Sequence record: MN091626.1
Length of the DNA stretch: 64,000 nucleotides
Reading direction: 5' to 3' (one strand)
The number at the start of each line of letters is the position of its first letter. The stretch's first letter is position 1. This document shows positions 1 to 9,561 of this stretch, piece by piece. Both the position numbers and the translations under genes were made by a program. Below the pieces are notes generated by a model. That model did not search any database. It saw only the letters and a list, made by a program, of their open reading frames with translations, and had not been told where the DNA came from.

Positions 1-1503
1 ATCGAAGATGACAGTTTCAATATGACTAATACAAGAATTAGTTCTAGAAAATTTAATGTCTTTGACGGAATTGTTACACTTAATACACTTGTCATAAATT
101 ATATTAAATGGAATGATAACATTAAGAATGATAAAAATATGAATATATATGCGTATAATTTTAATTCAGATATAAAAGATACTGTAGATGATATTCGTAA
201 TTATATTTATTCTAGACAATTTGATAAATCAGACTATACTGATTTTGCTAGAGAGTTAAATTTCCTTAATATTAAGAAATTTAAAAATAGAAATACACTA
301 AGTTATGAAGATATTATAAATGAATATGAATCATCTGACTTAGCTCAAAGACAATTTAAATTCATTTCTGAAATGTTAACTGGTGAAAATGGATCAACAC
401 AATTAGAATACTATATTGAAAATGATTTAATTATTGATGGTATGAGATATTTATGGACTCAAATATCAAACCCAGAAAGAAACTTCTTATTCAAAAATAT
501 TTCTTATTATGAAAACTTTATGAAAATATATAAGAAATTCTTAAATGTAATGGTAAGAGATGGAAGAATTGATAGAGAAGATGTATATAAAATAATGATT
601 GAAGACGAATCAATTGATAAAGAATTAAAAGATTTTGTTAAAATTATGAATGTTAGATTTTTAAATGAATCTTACGATAGATATAAAGACAATAAGAATG
701 CTGAAAATATTGAAAATATAGTTACTGCAGTCAGAAAATCTATAGACTATTCAATTAAGAATAATCAATATACTTCTAAAAAACAAATATCTAGATATCC
801 TGCATTAAAATCATATATTTCAGATATATTAGTTTATGATGATTCTGATAAAGATTTAATAAATATTTATGATATTATTAATATGTATAAGCATAATGAA
901 AAATTCCGTAAAGAACTAGAAGAATTAATATATAATGCGAATGATCCTCATTTAAGAGAAAAATTTATTACATTGCATAAACAACTATTTATCAATAATT
1001 CTAGTAATGATGTATTTAATGGATTTAAGACCTATTCAGATTATCTTAAATTTAAGGAACCTGATTTGTATTATTATACTATTGTAGAATCAGAAATATA
1101 TGATGAAGATACATTTGATAGAGAAACTATCTTTAGAGAAAGAATTTTTGAATTAGTTAGTAGTATTGATAATCATTTAAATTTAAAAGAACAGTATTTC
1201 ACTAATAGTAATTTTGTAGGTATAGTTAATTTTATCAGAGATTATATTACTATTTTAATTACATTATTTAAATCTTATTCAACTGATTTAATTTATACTA
1301 GTCTATTATTTAAATTAGACGATAAATTTGAAAATAGTATACATTTAATAGATGAAGCCAATGTTAAGTATAGTGGAACTTCTAAAAAAGTAGATAAGAT
1401 CAATACACTTGACAATAAAAATATCATTGATAAAATTAATAGAAAAGAAAGTATTGAGACTAAAGATGAATTAAAAATCTCAATAATTAAGAAGGGAGAT
1501 TAA
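1..1503 (+). CDS. C-terminal part of a large virion/baseplate-type protein, truncated by the window edge
   Basis: Frame 1 is open from base 1 (atc gaa gat gac agt ttc aat atg...), so the ATG at 22 is probably internal; followed directly by structural-type genes. No diagnostic motif. Confidence 0.5.
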   Translation: MEDDSFNMTNTRISSRKFNVFDGIVTLNTLVINYIKWNDNIKNDKNMNIYAYNFNSDIKDTVDDIRNYIYSRQFDKSDYTDFARELNFLNIKKFKNRNTLSYEDIINEYESSDLAQRQFKFISEMLTGENGSTQLEYYIENDLIIDGMRYLWTQISNPERNFLFKNISYYENFMKIYKKFLNVMVRDGRIDREDVYKIMIEDESIDKELKDFVKIMNVRFLNESYDRYKDNKNAENIENIVTAVRKSIDYSIKNNQYTSKKQISRYPALKSYISDILVYDDSDKDLINIYDIINMYKHNEKFRKELEELIYNANDPHLREKFITLHKQLFINNSSNDVFNGFKTYSDYLKFKEPDLYYYTIVESEIYDEDTFDRETIFRERIFELVSSIDNHLNLKEQYFTNSNFVGIVNFIRDYITILITLFKSYSTDLIYTSLLFKLDDKFENSIHLIDEANVKYSGTSKKVDKINTLDNKNIIDKINRKESIETKDELKISIIKKGD

Positions 1504-1508
1504 AAAGC

Positions 1509-2345
1509 TTGTTTAATTTTGATAGATTTTCAAGAAGACTTGTTGAAAGTAACGCTATGGAACAAGAAAAAATAGATGAGATAAGCTCAAGAGTGGAAAC
1601 AAGAGACTCTAACGCTATTAATATCAAATCAGATTTTAAAGAAGATATAGGAAATTATATTAAAGGTATTGTTAAATTTTCTAATCCTAGAACAGGTGAA
1701 CTAATACATCAAGAAGAAAATTTAGTTTTAATGAGAACTCGTGTTTGGTTATTAGAAAAATTATTTGGTAAAGGTATACCTTCAAACTATAATGCAGATA
1801 GTACTCCTGATCGTACAATTTGTTTATTCTCGATTGGGTCAGGTGGAGCAGATGTTAACAATGCAGCTTTTTCTCCTTATACAGTTAAGTATTCGGATCA
1901 AAAATTAAATAGACCAATTCCATTTGTAGTAGAAAATCCAGATAAAGAAAACTCTGATTTAACTGCAAATAATCCTAGTATGATTGAAGAATTATCTGAT
2001 GAACAGAGAAGAAAATATTATCTTCCTGAAGATAAACAAGATGGAACCACTAGTTTCTATGGTAAACGTTTTACTAATGCAACTAAAGAAAATCCTCTTG
2101 GAGATTCAAAAGGATGGATTATTGATAATGAAGATGGTTCAGTAGCATTTTCATTAAAAATGTCAGTAGAACCAGATGAAGCTAGAGGTTCTATCGTAAA
2201 TGAATTAGGTTTATGGTTAGCTAAATATAATGAAACTGAAAATAAATTTGATGGTACTGAATTAGCTACAAGACTTACATTTGATAGTCGTTCTTTAAAG
2301 AACTTATCAGATGGATTAGATATAGAATATATTATTTATATTTAA
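1509..2345 (+). CDS. Putative baseplate/tail-fibre attachment structural protein
   Basis: TTG start after AGGGAG; 'VNELGLW...ELATRLTF' resembles the xNE/REhGL motif of tail-fibre/baseplate N-terminal domains. Confidence 0.45.
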   Translation: MFNFDRFSRRLVESNAMEQEKIDEISSRVETRDSNAINIKSDFKEDIGNYIKGIVKFSNPRTGELIHQEENLVLMRTRVWLLEKLFGKGIPSNYNADSTPDRTICLFSIGSGGADVNNAAFSPYTVKYSDQKLNRPIPFVVENPDKENSDLTANNPSMIEELSDEQRRKYYLPEDKQDGTTSFYGKRFTNATKENPLGDSKGWIIDNEDGSVAFSLKMSVEPDEARGSIVNELGLWLAKYNETENKFDGTELATRLTFDSRSLKNLSDGLDIEYIIYI

Positions 2346-2352
2346 TAAAATA

Positions 2353-2382
2353 ACCACAACGATAAATTAATATCGTTGTGGT
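2353..2382. terminator. Bidirectional intrinsic terminator
   Basis: Stem accacaacgata / tatcgttgtggt between convergent genes with A/T-rich flanks. Confidence 0.8.
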
Positions 2383-2386
2383 ATAT

Positions 2387-2605
2387 TTATTTTTTATCTT
2401 GTTCTTTTATCTCTTCTAATAGGATTTCATTAAAAGTAGATAACTTATCTATTACTTTTCTTTGATTTCTATTTTCTTTTTCTATCATATTAATTCTTAT
2501 AGATATATCTTCCAAATTCTTAAGGATTAATTTAGTTCTTACAATTAATGGTAGACTTATCAATAAGAAATATATTAAGAGGCAAAGGATAACAAGCTGT
2601 ATCAA
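2387..2605 (-). CDS. Small membrane protein (one N-terminal TM helix + coiled coil)
   Basis: GGAGG RBS 9 nt before TTG; hydrophobic LVILCLLIYFLLISLPLIV followed by heptad-like C-terminus. Confidence 0.7.
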   Translation of the reverse strand: MIQLVILCLLIYFLLISLPLIVRTKLILKNLEDISIRINMIEKENRNQRKVIDKLSTFNEILLEEIKEQDKK

Positions 2606-2674
2606 TAGCGGTTTCCTCCAGTACTTACATTATAGAAAAAATTTTATAGAAAAGGGAGCGTTGATGAAAATACT

Positions 2675-3343
2675 ATGAATTATAAAGAATCGTTTAAAGA
2701 ATTTGACTTCAGCAGAGACTTTGAAGCTGTAGTCATAGATAACTCAGATTTTGATACAAAATATGAAGTTAAGCTATTTGTTTTTGAACTAATAATGACC
2801 ACCTTGCAAGATTCCCCAAGAAATATCAAAAGAAATCTATATGCATCAAATATTATTAACATAGAAGATTTAGATATATCTGAGAATATTGATATTGGAA
2901 ATTATTTAGTATGTCAACCGTTGATGAATAATGATCTTGATAAACCTTTAAGAAAACCTGAATTATATGACAGAGTTTTACTTAAATTCCATAATGCAAA
3001 TCCTAAATTCCCATATTATTACGATATGCATCTTCCAAGAAAATATAAACCTGAAGAACCTCATATTCCTAATAGAAGACAAATCAAAGGAAATTATTAT
3101 AGATTGCTTATGTATAGAGAAGAAAACATGACAGGAAATGATGTTAATGTAGTAGGAATAACATTAAACGGTCTAGGATATTCTGTCAATAAATATGATA
3201 GTAAAAACTATATATTCGATAGAACCATGTTAGAATCATTGTTACAATTCCAAAAAGATAATAACCTTAAACAAGATGGAGACGTTGGACCAATTACATT
3301 TAACAAATTAATAGAAAAATACAATGCAATTAGTTATTGTTAG
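2675..3343 (+). CDS. gp5/VgrG-like OB-fold fused to a peptidoglycan-binding (PG_binding_1-like) domain
   Basis: N-term 'EAVVIDNSD...KPELYDRVLLKFHNANPKFPYY' fits the gp5 OB pattern; C-term 'LLQFQKDNNLKQDGDVGPITFNKL' is the PGBD signature. Confidence 0.65.
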   Translation: MNYKESFKEFDFSRDFEAVVIDNSDFDTKYEVKLFVFELIMTTLQDSPRNIKRNLYASNIINIEDLDISENIDIGNYLVCQPLMNNDLDKPLRKPELYDRVLLKFHNANPKFPYYYDMHLPRKYKPEEPHIPNRRQIKGNYYRLLMYREENMTGNDVNVVGITLNGLGYSVNKYDSKNYIFDRTMLESLLQFQKDNNLKQDGDVGPITFNKLIEKYNAISYC

Positions 3344-3360
3344 AAATGAGGAATTAAAAA

Positions 3361-3945
3361 ATGTATTATGAAATTAAACAAGATAGACGAAGAAGAAGTA
3401 ATACCTTTCAAACACATATAATAATTACTCATATGAATAATTTAATACTTAAGGAAAACAAATTTAGTGATAGAGATTTACTTAAAGGATCTTATAAATA
3501 TTCTTGGGGTAAAGTTCAGAATTATCTAATTAGACATGCTAATATTAGAGCATTACCTATGCATTATTATGTGGAATTAATAGATAAGGATTATGCTGTT
3601 ATGGAAGGATTATCCGATTATAAACCTAGTTATTACCTTCAAGAATTAGCAGATAAAGGAATTATACCTCAGAAATATAAAAATAGTATTTTAATAGCTG
3701 TGGCTGATGATTTTAATTTATATAATCCTGATGTGAGGATGTTTAAACATCTAGCAGATAAATTATTAGTGCCTTTATGTAAAAGACATCGATTAAGTTT
3801 TCATGAGATAAAATTATTAGATGAAATTTATAGAGATGACTATCTTGATCATCTTGATGAAAATCGTTTTGAAACTAAATCTATGAATAGATTTGATAAA
3901 CAGAGATTAAAAAATCAATTTAATATCTATAATGTAATGAAATAA
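3361..3945 (+). CDS. Amidase_2/PGRP-like fold protein, possibly non-catalytic
   Basis: 'HIIITHM...PMHYYV...NSILIAVADDFNLYNPD...LADKLLVPLCKRH' follows the T7-lysozyme/PGRP pattern; Zn-ligand positions look substituted. Confidence 0.5.
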   Translation: MYYEIKQDRRRRSNTFQTHIIITHMNNLILKENKFSDRDLLKGSYKYSWGKVQNYLIRHANIRALPMHYYVELIDKDYAVMEGLSDYKPSYYLQELADKGIIPQKYKNSILIAVADDFNLYNPDVRMFKHLADKLLVPLCKRHRLSFHEIKLLDEIYRDDYLDHLDENRFETKSMNRFDKQRLKNQFNIYNVMK

Positions 3946-4283
3946 AATTTATTTATATTTTGTTACTAACAATATAAATATAGAAATTTAGATTTCTATA
4001 TCGTTTTACCTTTTGTTTTGTCTTATGTTTGTGCTCTGATTTCAAAGTCATTTTGCTCTTAACTTCGTATAGTATAAAACTTTGCTATTTATAATTTTTT
4101 TAGCTAAGTTAATAAAGCTTATAAGCTTTATTGGACAAACTGCCATGTCAAATTTATAAATAACTTACAATATATTAGCGTATTAAGTTTTTATAATAAA
4201 AAAATTATTGCTTTCGCTTAATGATTAAATTTCTATTTTAATCTTTATTTATGATTTACTCCTTATATAAATAAAAAATAAAT

Positions 4284-4313
4284 CCCCAATACCATAGAAA
4301 AATGGTATTGGGG
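4284..4313. terminator. Intrinsic terminator (ends the minus-strand protease-neck transcript; possibly bidirectional)
   Basis: Stem ccccaataccat / atggtattgggg with A-tract on the left and T-rich run on the right. Confidence 0.85.
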
Positions 4314-4320
4314 TATTTTA

Positions 4321-5034
4321 TTAACCGAAATATAATTTCTTTCTGTTACTATTAAATATAGAATAATTTTCCATCTTTTCTACTAACTCTCTACGTTTAT
4401 CTCTTGCTTCACGTAAATCATCCATATTAAGATTTAATTCTCCAAAAGTAGTTTGTAAGTTCTGGAATCTACTTCTCATAGCATATAATGATATTTGAAC
4501 ATCATAAGAAGCTAATTCTAAGAAATAGTCATGCATATTATTTGGTACAGAACCGAAATGTTTATCATGATAAGTATTCAGAACGATTAGTAAATTAACA
4601 GAACCAATTACAGCAGAACTTAATATTTCTATTTTATTAGGATGATGATATCTAAAAGTAGATGGTGATAAATTAATTGCCATTAAATCAGACATCATTT
4701 GACTATCTATAGGATTTCCCATAGCAAATCCTGCATAAGGACTCATATTGCCTGCATATCCAGTTAAATTAGTAACAGGATTATTAGCTCCAATTACTCT
4801 ATTAATATTAACTATAGGATTCTCAGAATCTATATAGAACATATTAGTAGTTCCTTCTACTTTATCTTCTGGTTTTATAATTACTCTTTCTTGCTTAGGA
4901 TGAAATTTACTAAATGTAGGAATAGTGAATCTTTCTACTGTTTTAATAATTTCATCAGGTTTTAATTCTAGATCAGTGAACATGAAACCTACATCACGTT
5001 CAATATAGTTAAGTATTTCTGTATTGGTTAACAT
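4321..5034 (-). CDS. Putative neck/head-completion protein
   Basis: Co-transcribed downstream of the prohead protease; 'TIPTFSKFHP', 'FLELASYDV...LQTTFGELNL' resemble jumbo-phage neck proteins as recalled. Confidence 0.45.
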   Translation of the reverse strand: MLTNTEILNYIERDVGFMFTDLELKPDEIIKTVERFTIPTFSKFHPKQERVIIKPEDKVEGTTNMFYIDSENPIVNINRVIGANNPVTNLTGYAGNMSPYAGFAMGNPIDSQMMSDLMAINLSPSTFRYHHPNKIEILSSAVIGSVNLLIVLNTYHDKHFGSVPNNMHDYFLELASYDVQISLYAMRSRFQNLQTTFGELNLNMDDLREARDKRRELVEKMENYSIFNSNRKKLYFG

Positions 5035-5058
5035 AACCTTTAATCACATCCATACATA

Positions 5059-5901
5059 TTATTTGAAGTTTCTATAGAAATCATCAAGTCCATTAAGAAC
5101 AGATTCTTCTAAGAAAACTTTAATAGTTTTATTACTTTCTCTAATTGAAGCTAATTGAGAACCTTTATCATAACTGATATTAGATTCATCAACTCCAGCA
5201 AATCCCATATCTTCTGCAATGTATTTTACATTATCTGAATTTTCTTTAATATAAGTTAAAACTTCTCTAGGAGAGAATTCAGTAATTTTACCATTAGCAA
5301 ACATATCAATTGATTCATTTACCATTTGTAAATCATTAGGATTATAGTTATTATGACCTTCTGAAATAATATTTTGAATATAAGAATCTTGATGAGATGG
5401 AATTACTACCCAATCATAACAAATTAATCTTAAAGGCTTAGTAACTTCAACTTCACCAGAAGGTGTTCTATTAATTTTACTGAAACCACGCATTGAGAAA
5501 GATACGTCAGATTTTTGTCCAATTAATCCTTTCATATCTTTACCAGCTGCAGTTTGAGCTGTTTCTACTTCTCCCATTAATTTATTACCATTCCACCAAG
5601 TTCTAGTAACAATATGAGAAATATTGCGTTGATCAATATACATTTGACGTTTAGGTTCATCACTTAAGGGATGGCCACTCTCACCATAAAAAGTTCTTCT
5701 TGCTAATTTTTCTTGTATTACTGGACTATCTAAACCACTTTGAATAACATCTTTACGATAAACACGACCATTACGGTTTTGTCTATCCGCTTCTTGTAAC
5801 TCAGCAATGAATCTAACCGATTTATTATTATCTTGAACCACTTCTGGTTGAGAAGTTGTATTAGATTCATTAATAAGATAAGCTTTTATATCTTTAGACA
5901 T
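5059..5901 (-). CDS. Prohead core protease (T4 gp21-like)
   Basis: Motifs 'QEADRQNRNGRVY', 'GESGHP', 'ISHIV', 'SFSMRGFS', 'YDWVVIPSH'. Confidence 0.9.
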   Translation of the reverse strand: MSKDIKAYLINESNTTSQPEVVQDNNKSVRFIAELQEADRQNRNGRVYRKDVIQSGLDSPVIQEKLARRTFYGESGHPLSDEPKRQMYIDQRNISHIVTRTWWNGNKLMGEVETAQTAAGKDMKGLIGQKSDVSFSMRGFSKINRTPSGEVEVTKPLRLICYDWVVIPSHQDSYIQNIISEGHNNYNPNDLQMVNESIDMFANGKITEFSPREVLTYIKENSDNVKYIAEDMGFAGVDESNISYDKGSQLASIRESNKTIKVFLEESVLNGLDDFYRNFK

Positions 5902-5935
5902 TTATTTAACTTCCTTTCACATATTAAATTTAGAA

Positions 5936-5973
5936 TATTTAAATGTTTGATAAGCAATTTTAACAATAGAATA
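5936..5973. promoter_or_regulatory. Back-to-back AR9-type late promoters (AACA-N6-TA)
   Basis: Minus strand AACA-TTTAAA-TA at 5947-5936; plus strand AACA-ATAGAA-TA at 5962-5973, between divergent head genes. Confidence 0.7.
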
Positions 5974-6001
5974 TTAACCTTAATGAAAATATGAATAGGA
6001 T

Positions 6002-7021
6002 GTGAAATACTTGAAGAATTTCAATGAAGTAGAAAGTGAATTAAAATATTTCATAGAACAAACAGATAACGATTCTTTTCCTGTTGATTTATATGATAAA
6101 TTAATTGATATTGAAAAGTATGCAGATGTAGATTCTTTTACAAGTGATCAAGTTAGGAAATCGGTTAAATATCTTGTTGCTTTAAAAGATTCACTAGAAA
6201 GATTTGAAATTGAAAATGAACAGTCTGAAATGGCAGTTAATATGGTTCTTCATAAAATAGAATTTTTAAAAGATAAGTATAATACTCTTTATATTAATAA
6301 ACGTGTTCCAAATAATGGTTACATAGATAATTTATATAAAGAAGATTTCAGTTCTAATATTAATACAGAATTTAATTTTAAACAATTAACTGTAGCATTA
6401 GCTGAAAGTCCTGCTGATTCTAAACTAGAAAGAAAAGCTGTTATTAATTTCTTAATGGAAGGTAATATGAATTATCTTAATGAATCTTATGACGATGATG
6501 ATGATGAAGATTATCTTGATGGTCTTGATAGTAGTTTTGAAACTTCTAAAGAACCTAAAGTTGCTGAAAAGAATTTAAATAGATTAATTGGTTCTGTTAA
6601 AAAAGCAACCGCTTCTTCTAAAAATATGAATGATAAACAATTAGCTAAAGCTAATCGTATTAGATTTGTAAGAGCTTTATTAACTGGAATTTTATTCTGT
6701 ATCGGTTTAAAAATTAGTTCAGCAGCTATTGGTAAAGCTAAAACAGCTTTAATAGGGTTATTGACTGTAATTGTTTATAATGCAAGTAAAGGTAATGAAC
6801 TTAATAGACTTATCATTGTATTAGAAGAAAGAATCCAAACTTTAGAGAATAGAATTGATTCGACTGATGATGGAGAAAAGAGAAAAGAATTAAGAATATT
6901 AAAATCAGATTTAGAAGGTCAACTTAAGAAAGCTAATTTCCAAAAGAAATCTATTGAGAAAACTAAAAATGCGATTTCTCGTGGAGATGTAAACGATAGT
7001 GGGTCAGCGTATGACTATTAA
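6002..7021 (+). CDS. Putative internal head protein
   Basis: In head cluster behind a late promoter; LME/LNE protease-type sites; hydrophobic segment followed by a coiled coil. Confidence 0.45.
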   Translation: MKYLKNFNEVESELKYFIEQTDNDSFPVDLYDKLIDIEKYADVDSFTSDQVRKSVKYLVALKDSLERFEIENEQSEMAVNMVLHKIEFLKDKYNTLYINKRVPNNGYIDNLYKEDFSSNINTEFNFKQLTVALAESPADSKLERKAVINFLMEGNMNYLNESYDDDDDEDYLDGLDSSFETSKEPKVAEKNLNRLIGSVKKATASSKNMNDKQLAKANRIRFVRALLTGILFCIGLKISSAAIGKAKTALIGLLTVIVYNASKGNELNRLIIVLEERIQTLENRIDSTDDGEKRKELRILKSDLEGQLKKANFQKKSIEKTKNAISRGDVNDSGSAYDY

Positions 7022-7685
7022 TAATAGAGATCTTTTATCTGAATCAATTAAAAAATTATTAAATGGTAATAATATTCTTAATGAAGCTGAAGATGATGAA
7101 ACTAATAATGATTCTTCAGATACTAATACAGATGATACAAGTTCGGAAGATACTACTAATGATAATGAAGAATCTTCAGAAGAAAATTCAGAAACAGAAG
7201 AAGATAATCAAGATGATAGTAATGAAGATGATTCTAGTACAGATGACTCTGAAAGTGATTCAGAATTAGATGATGGTTCAGAAGAGAATTCAGATGAAGA
7301 CAATCCTTTAGACGATCAATCTGAAGAAGAAAATAATGAACCTAAAGAAACTAATTCTGATAAATATTTAAAATTACAAATATTTAATAAATTAAATGAT
7401 TTAATAGATGTTTCATTAAAATTTAAAGATATTGTAAATGAAAAGAATATGGAATCTTTTGATAAAAGTGAAAAAGAAAAAATGAGTGAAATTACAGTAC
7501 AGACTTCAAATAATTTAGACAGTTTAATTGATAGTATTAATTTATTTAACAATAAATTTATAAATAATATTGATGCTGATAAATGTGAGAAACTTTATAA
7601 GAAGTTTGAAAATACTTATAATGAAATCTTCAATATTTATTTAAAAGAATACAATAAATTGAATAAAGACAAAAAAAGCAAATAG
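6999..7685 (+). CDS. Acidic prohead core/scaffold-like protein
   Basis: Long D/E/N/S-rich tract then helical C-terminus, immediately upstream of the major capsid gene; start may be ATG 7011. Confidence 0.5.
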   Translation: MGQRMTINNRDLLSESIKKLLNGNNILNEAEDDETNNDSSDTNTDDTSSEDTTNDNEESSEENSETEEDNQDDSNEDDSSTDDSESDSELDDGSEENSDEDNPLDDQSEEENNEPKETNSDKYLKLQIFNKLNDLIDVSLKFKDIVNEKNMESFDKSEKEKMSEITVQTSNNLDSLIDSINLFNNKFINNIDADKCEKLYKKFENTYNEIFNIYLKEYNKLNKDKKSK

Positions 7686-7734
7686 TTTTATATTTCAAAT
7701 TTTATTCCGTTTTATTAATATTTATAAAATTAAT

Positions 7735-7746
7735 AACATTAACATA
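7735..7746 (+). promoter_or_regulatory. AR9-type late promoter for major capsid gene
   Basis: AACA-TTAACA-TA. Confidence 0.65.
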
Positions 7747-7863
7747 TGAAAAGAAATATTTCATTACAAATAATGATTATTTTTTATAAACAAATTTATA
7801 TAATAAAATTAATAAATATAAACTACACGCTAATATATTTAAGAAAAGGAGCAGAAAAAATTT

Positions 7864-9468
7864 ATGTTAAACCCAAACAGAATTAAAGATGAATTTTCGG
7901 TTCGTTTAGAAGATATCGAAAACTCTATTAATGAATCATATAACCTTAGTACTATCGGCGGAGATTTCGCTGCTATTGCTACTGACGATGCAGTATTTGA
8001 AAGCTATAAAGATCAATTATTAGAAGGTTTTGACGCTGCTGAAGGAGAAGCTTTAGCTGGAATGTTAGATAATACTCGTGAAGAAATCTTAATGGAATCT
8101 TCAATGGGACCTATCCAACCTTACGCTTCACTTTCTATGCCTATTTTAGTTAAACTTTGGGCTCGTTTAGCTTTAACTGAAGCTTTACCAACTCAAGTTG
8201 CTAACAAACCAAACTTTACAGTTCCAATCTTAACTCCATATGTTGTGGATGCAGATGGTAACAAACATGCTTTACCAGAATCAATTAATAACACACCTGA
8301 AACTTTAGTTGGATTAGTTCAAATTAAAGAAGATATCGCAGTTGAAGGTGGAAAAATTACTGATTACGATTTATTTACTGGATTAAAAGAAGGTAAAGAA
8401 GTTCGTAAAGGTATTGACCGTTTAGACCGTAAATTCAAAATCGTTGAAGCTAAATGGAGTGATTCATTCGATGAACGTACTTCAGCTGCAGGATTCGTTG
8501 AATTAGGTTCTAATGTAGTTAAATTACAAGACAATGATACATTAGTAGGACAAATTAAATATCCTACAAATGGTGATGGTGAAGTTGAAACTGACACTGT
8601 CTTAGGTAAAGTAGATGTTTCTACAGGTGAACTTACTTTGACTTCAGCTTCAGGTAAATTAACTGATGTTAAAGTTAAAGGTTATGTAGCTTCTGAACAA
8701 CATACTTCAGCTACAAACGTTGAACTTGGTTTAACTCGTAAAGACGTTGTTATTGATACAGCTCAACACATCGAAGCTACAGTACCTCTTGAAGTAATTC
8801 AAGATATGAAAGCTACTTATGATATCGATGGAGTTGCTCGTTTATCAGAAACTATGTCTCAATTATCTAGTCAAAAAGTTGACTTAGACATTATTGAATT
8901 CTTAGATCACGAATATAAAGAAACTGATGCTAAATATCACTTCAGCTTCGATGTATTCCCACATAGTGATTACAGTGCTCATCCTAAAGATTGGTTAGAA
9001 GGTCTACGTGAAGTAATTGACCACACTACTCAATCAATGAAAAACGATTACAAATTATATGACGTTCAATTCGTTATCGTTGGTAACCCATTAGACGTTC
9101 GTTTAATCCCTAACGTTTCTTGGACTTTCAATGGTGGAGACCGTAACGCTGATGCTTATTCTAACGGAATCAAAATTAACTATTCATTAGGTGCTGCTTC
9201 AGGTACTGCTAACTACCGTATTATCGGTTCTGACTTAGTACGTCAAGGTGAATTGACTATTATTGCTATTCCTCAACAAGACAACTATAAAACATTCATG
9301 TTCTACCCTTACACATTCAACGTTGTAAATGGTGGAGGTTACCTAAATACTCGTAACCCTAATGTTCCTAACATGATGATGACTCGTAGATATACAGTTG
9401 AATCATTTGTTCCGATCATTGGACGTATTACAATCAAAAACAACAACGGTTCAGTATACGCTCGATAA
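7864..9468 (+). CDS. Major capsid protein (T4 gp23/HK97-fold precursor)
   Basis: 534 aa, strong high-expression codon bias (cgt, gct, ttc, aac), AAGGAG RBS, acidic prodomain ending 'ILME/SS', position between scaffold and terminase, strong terminator after. Confidence 0.85.
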   Translation: MLNPNRIKDEFSVRLEDIENSINESYNLSTIGGDFAAIATDDAVFESYKDQLLEGFDAAEGEALAGMLDNTREEILMESSMGPIQPYASLSMPILVKLWARLALTEALPTQVANKPNFTVPILTPYVVDADGNKHALPESINNTPETLVGLVQIKEDIAVEGGKITDYDLFTGLKEGKEVRKGIDRLDRKFKIVEAKWSDSFDERTSAAGFVELGSNVVKLQDNDTLVGQIKYPTNGDGEVETDTVLGKVDVSTGELTLTSASGKLTDVKVKGYVASEQHTSATNVELGLTRKDVVIDTAQHIEATVPLEVIQDMKATYDIDGVARLSETMSQLSSQKVDLDIIEFLDHEYKETDAKYHFSFDVFPHSDYSAHPKDWLEGLREVIDHTTQSMKNDYKLYDVQFVIVGNPLDVRLIPNVSWTFNGGDRNADAYSNGIKINYSLGAASGTANYRIIGSDLVRQGELTIIAIPQQDNYKTFMFYPYTFNVVNGGGYLNTRNPNVPNMMMTRRYTVESFVPIIGRITIKNNNGSVYAR

Positions 9469-9498
9469 GAGTAGTACTTTATCATTGCTATTTATATT

Positions 9499-9527
9499 AC
9501 CCATACATCTCTCTGAGGTGTATGGGT
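9499..9527 (+). terminator. Intrinsic terminator after capsid gene
   Basis: acccatacatctc-tct-gaggtgtatgggt followed by ttatttt. Confidence 0.85.
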
Positions 9528-9561
9528 TTATTTTATATCAAAAAGGAGAATATAATTCATT

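Noticed and set aside
3953-4051. 32-codon minus-strand ORF MTLKSEH... in the non-coding gap
   Set aside because: No Shine-Dalgarno and no recognisable features.
5059-5076. Prohead protease ending YRNFK as a member of the terminal-tag set
   Set aside because: Lacks the [VI]-[KR] positions and lies in a different gene class; may be coincidence, so not counted.
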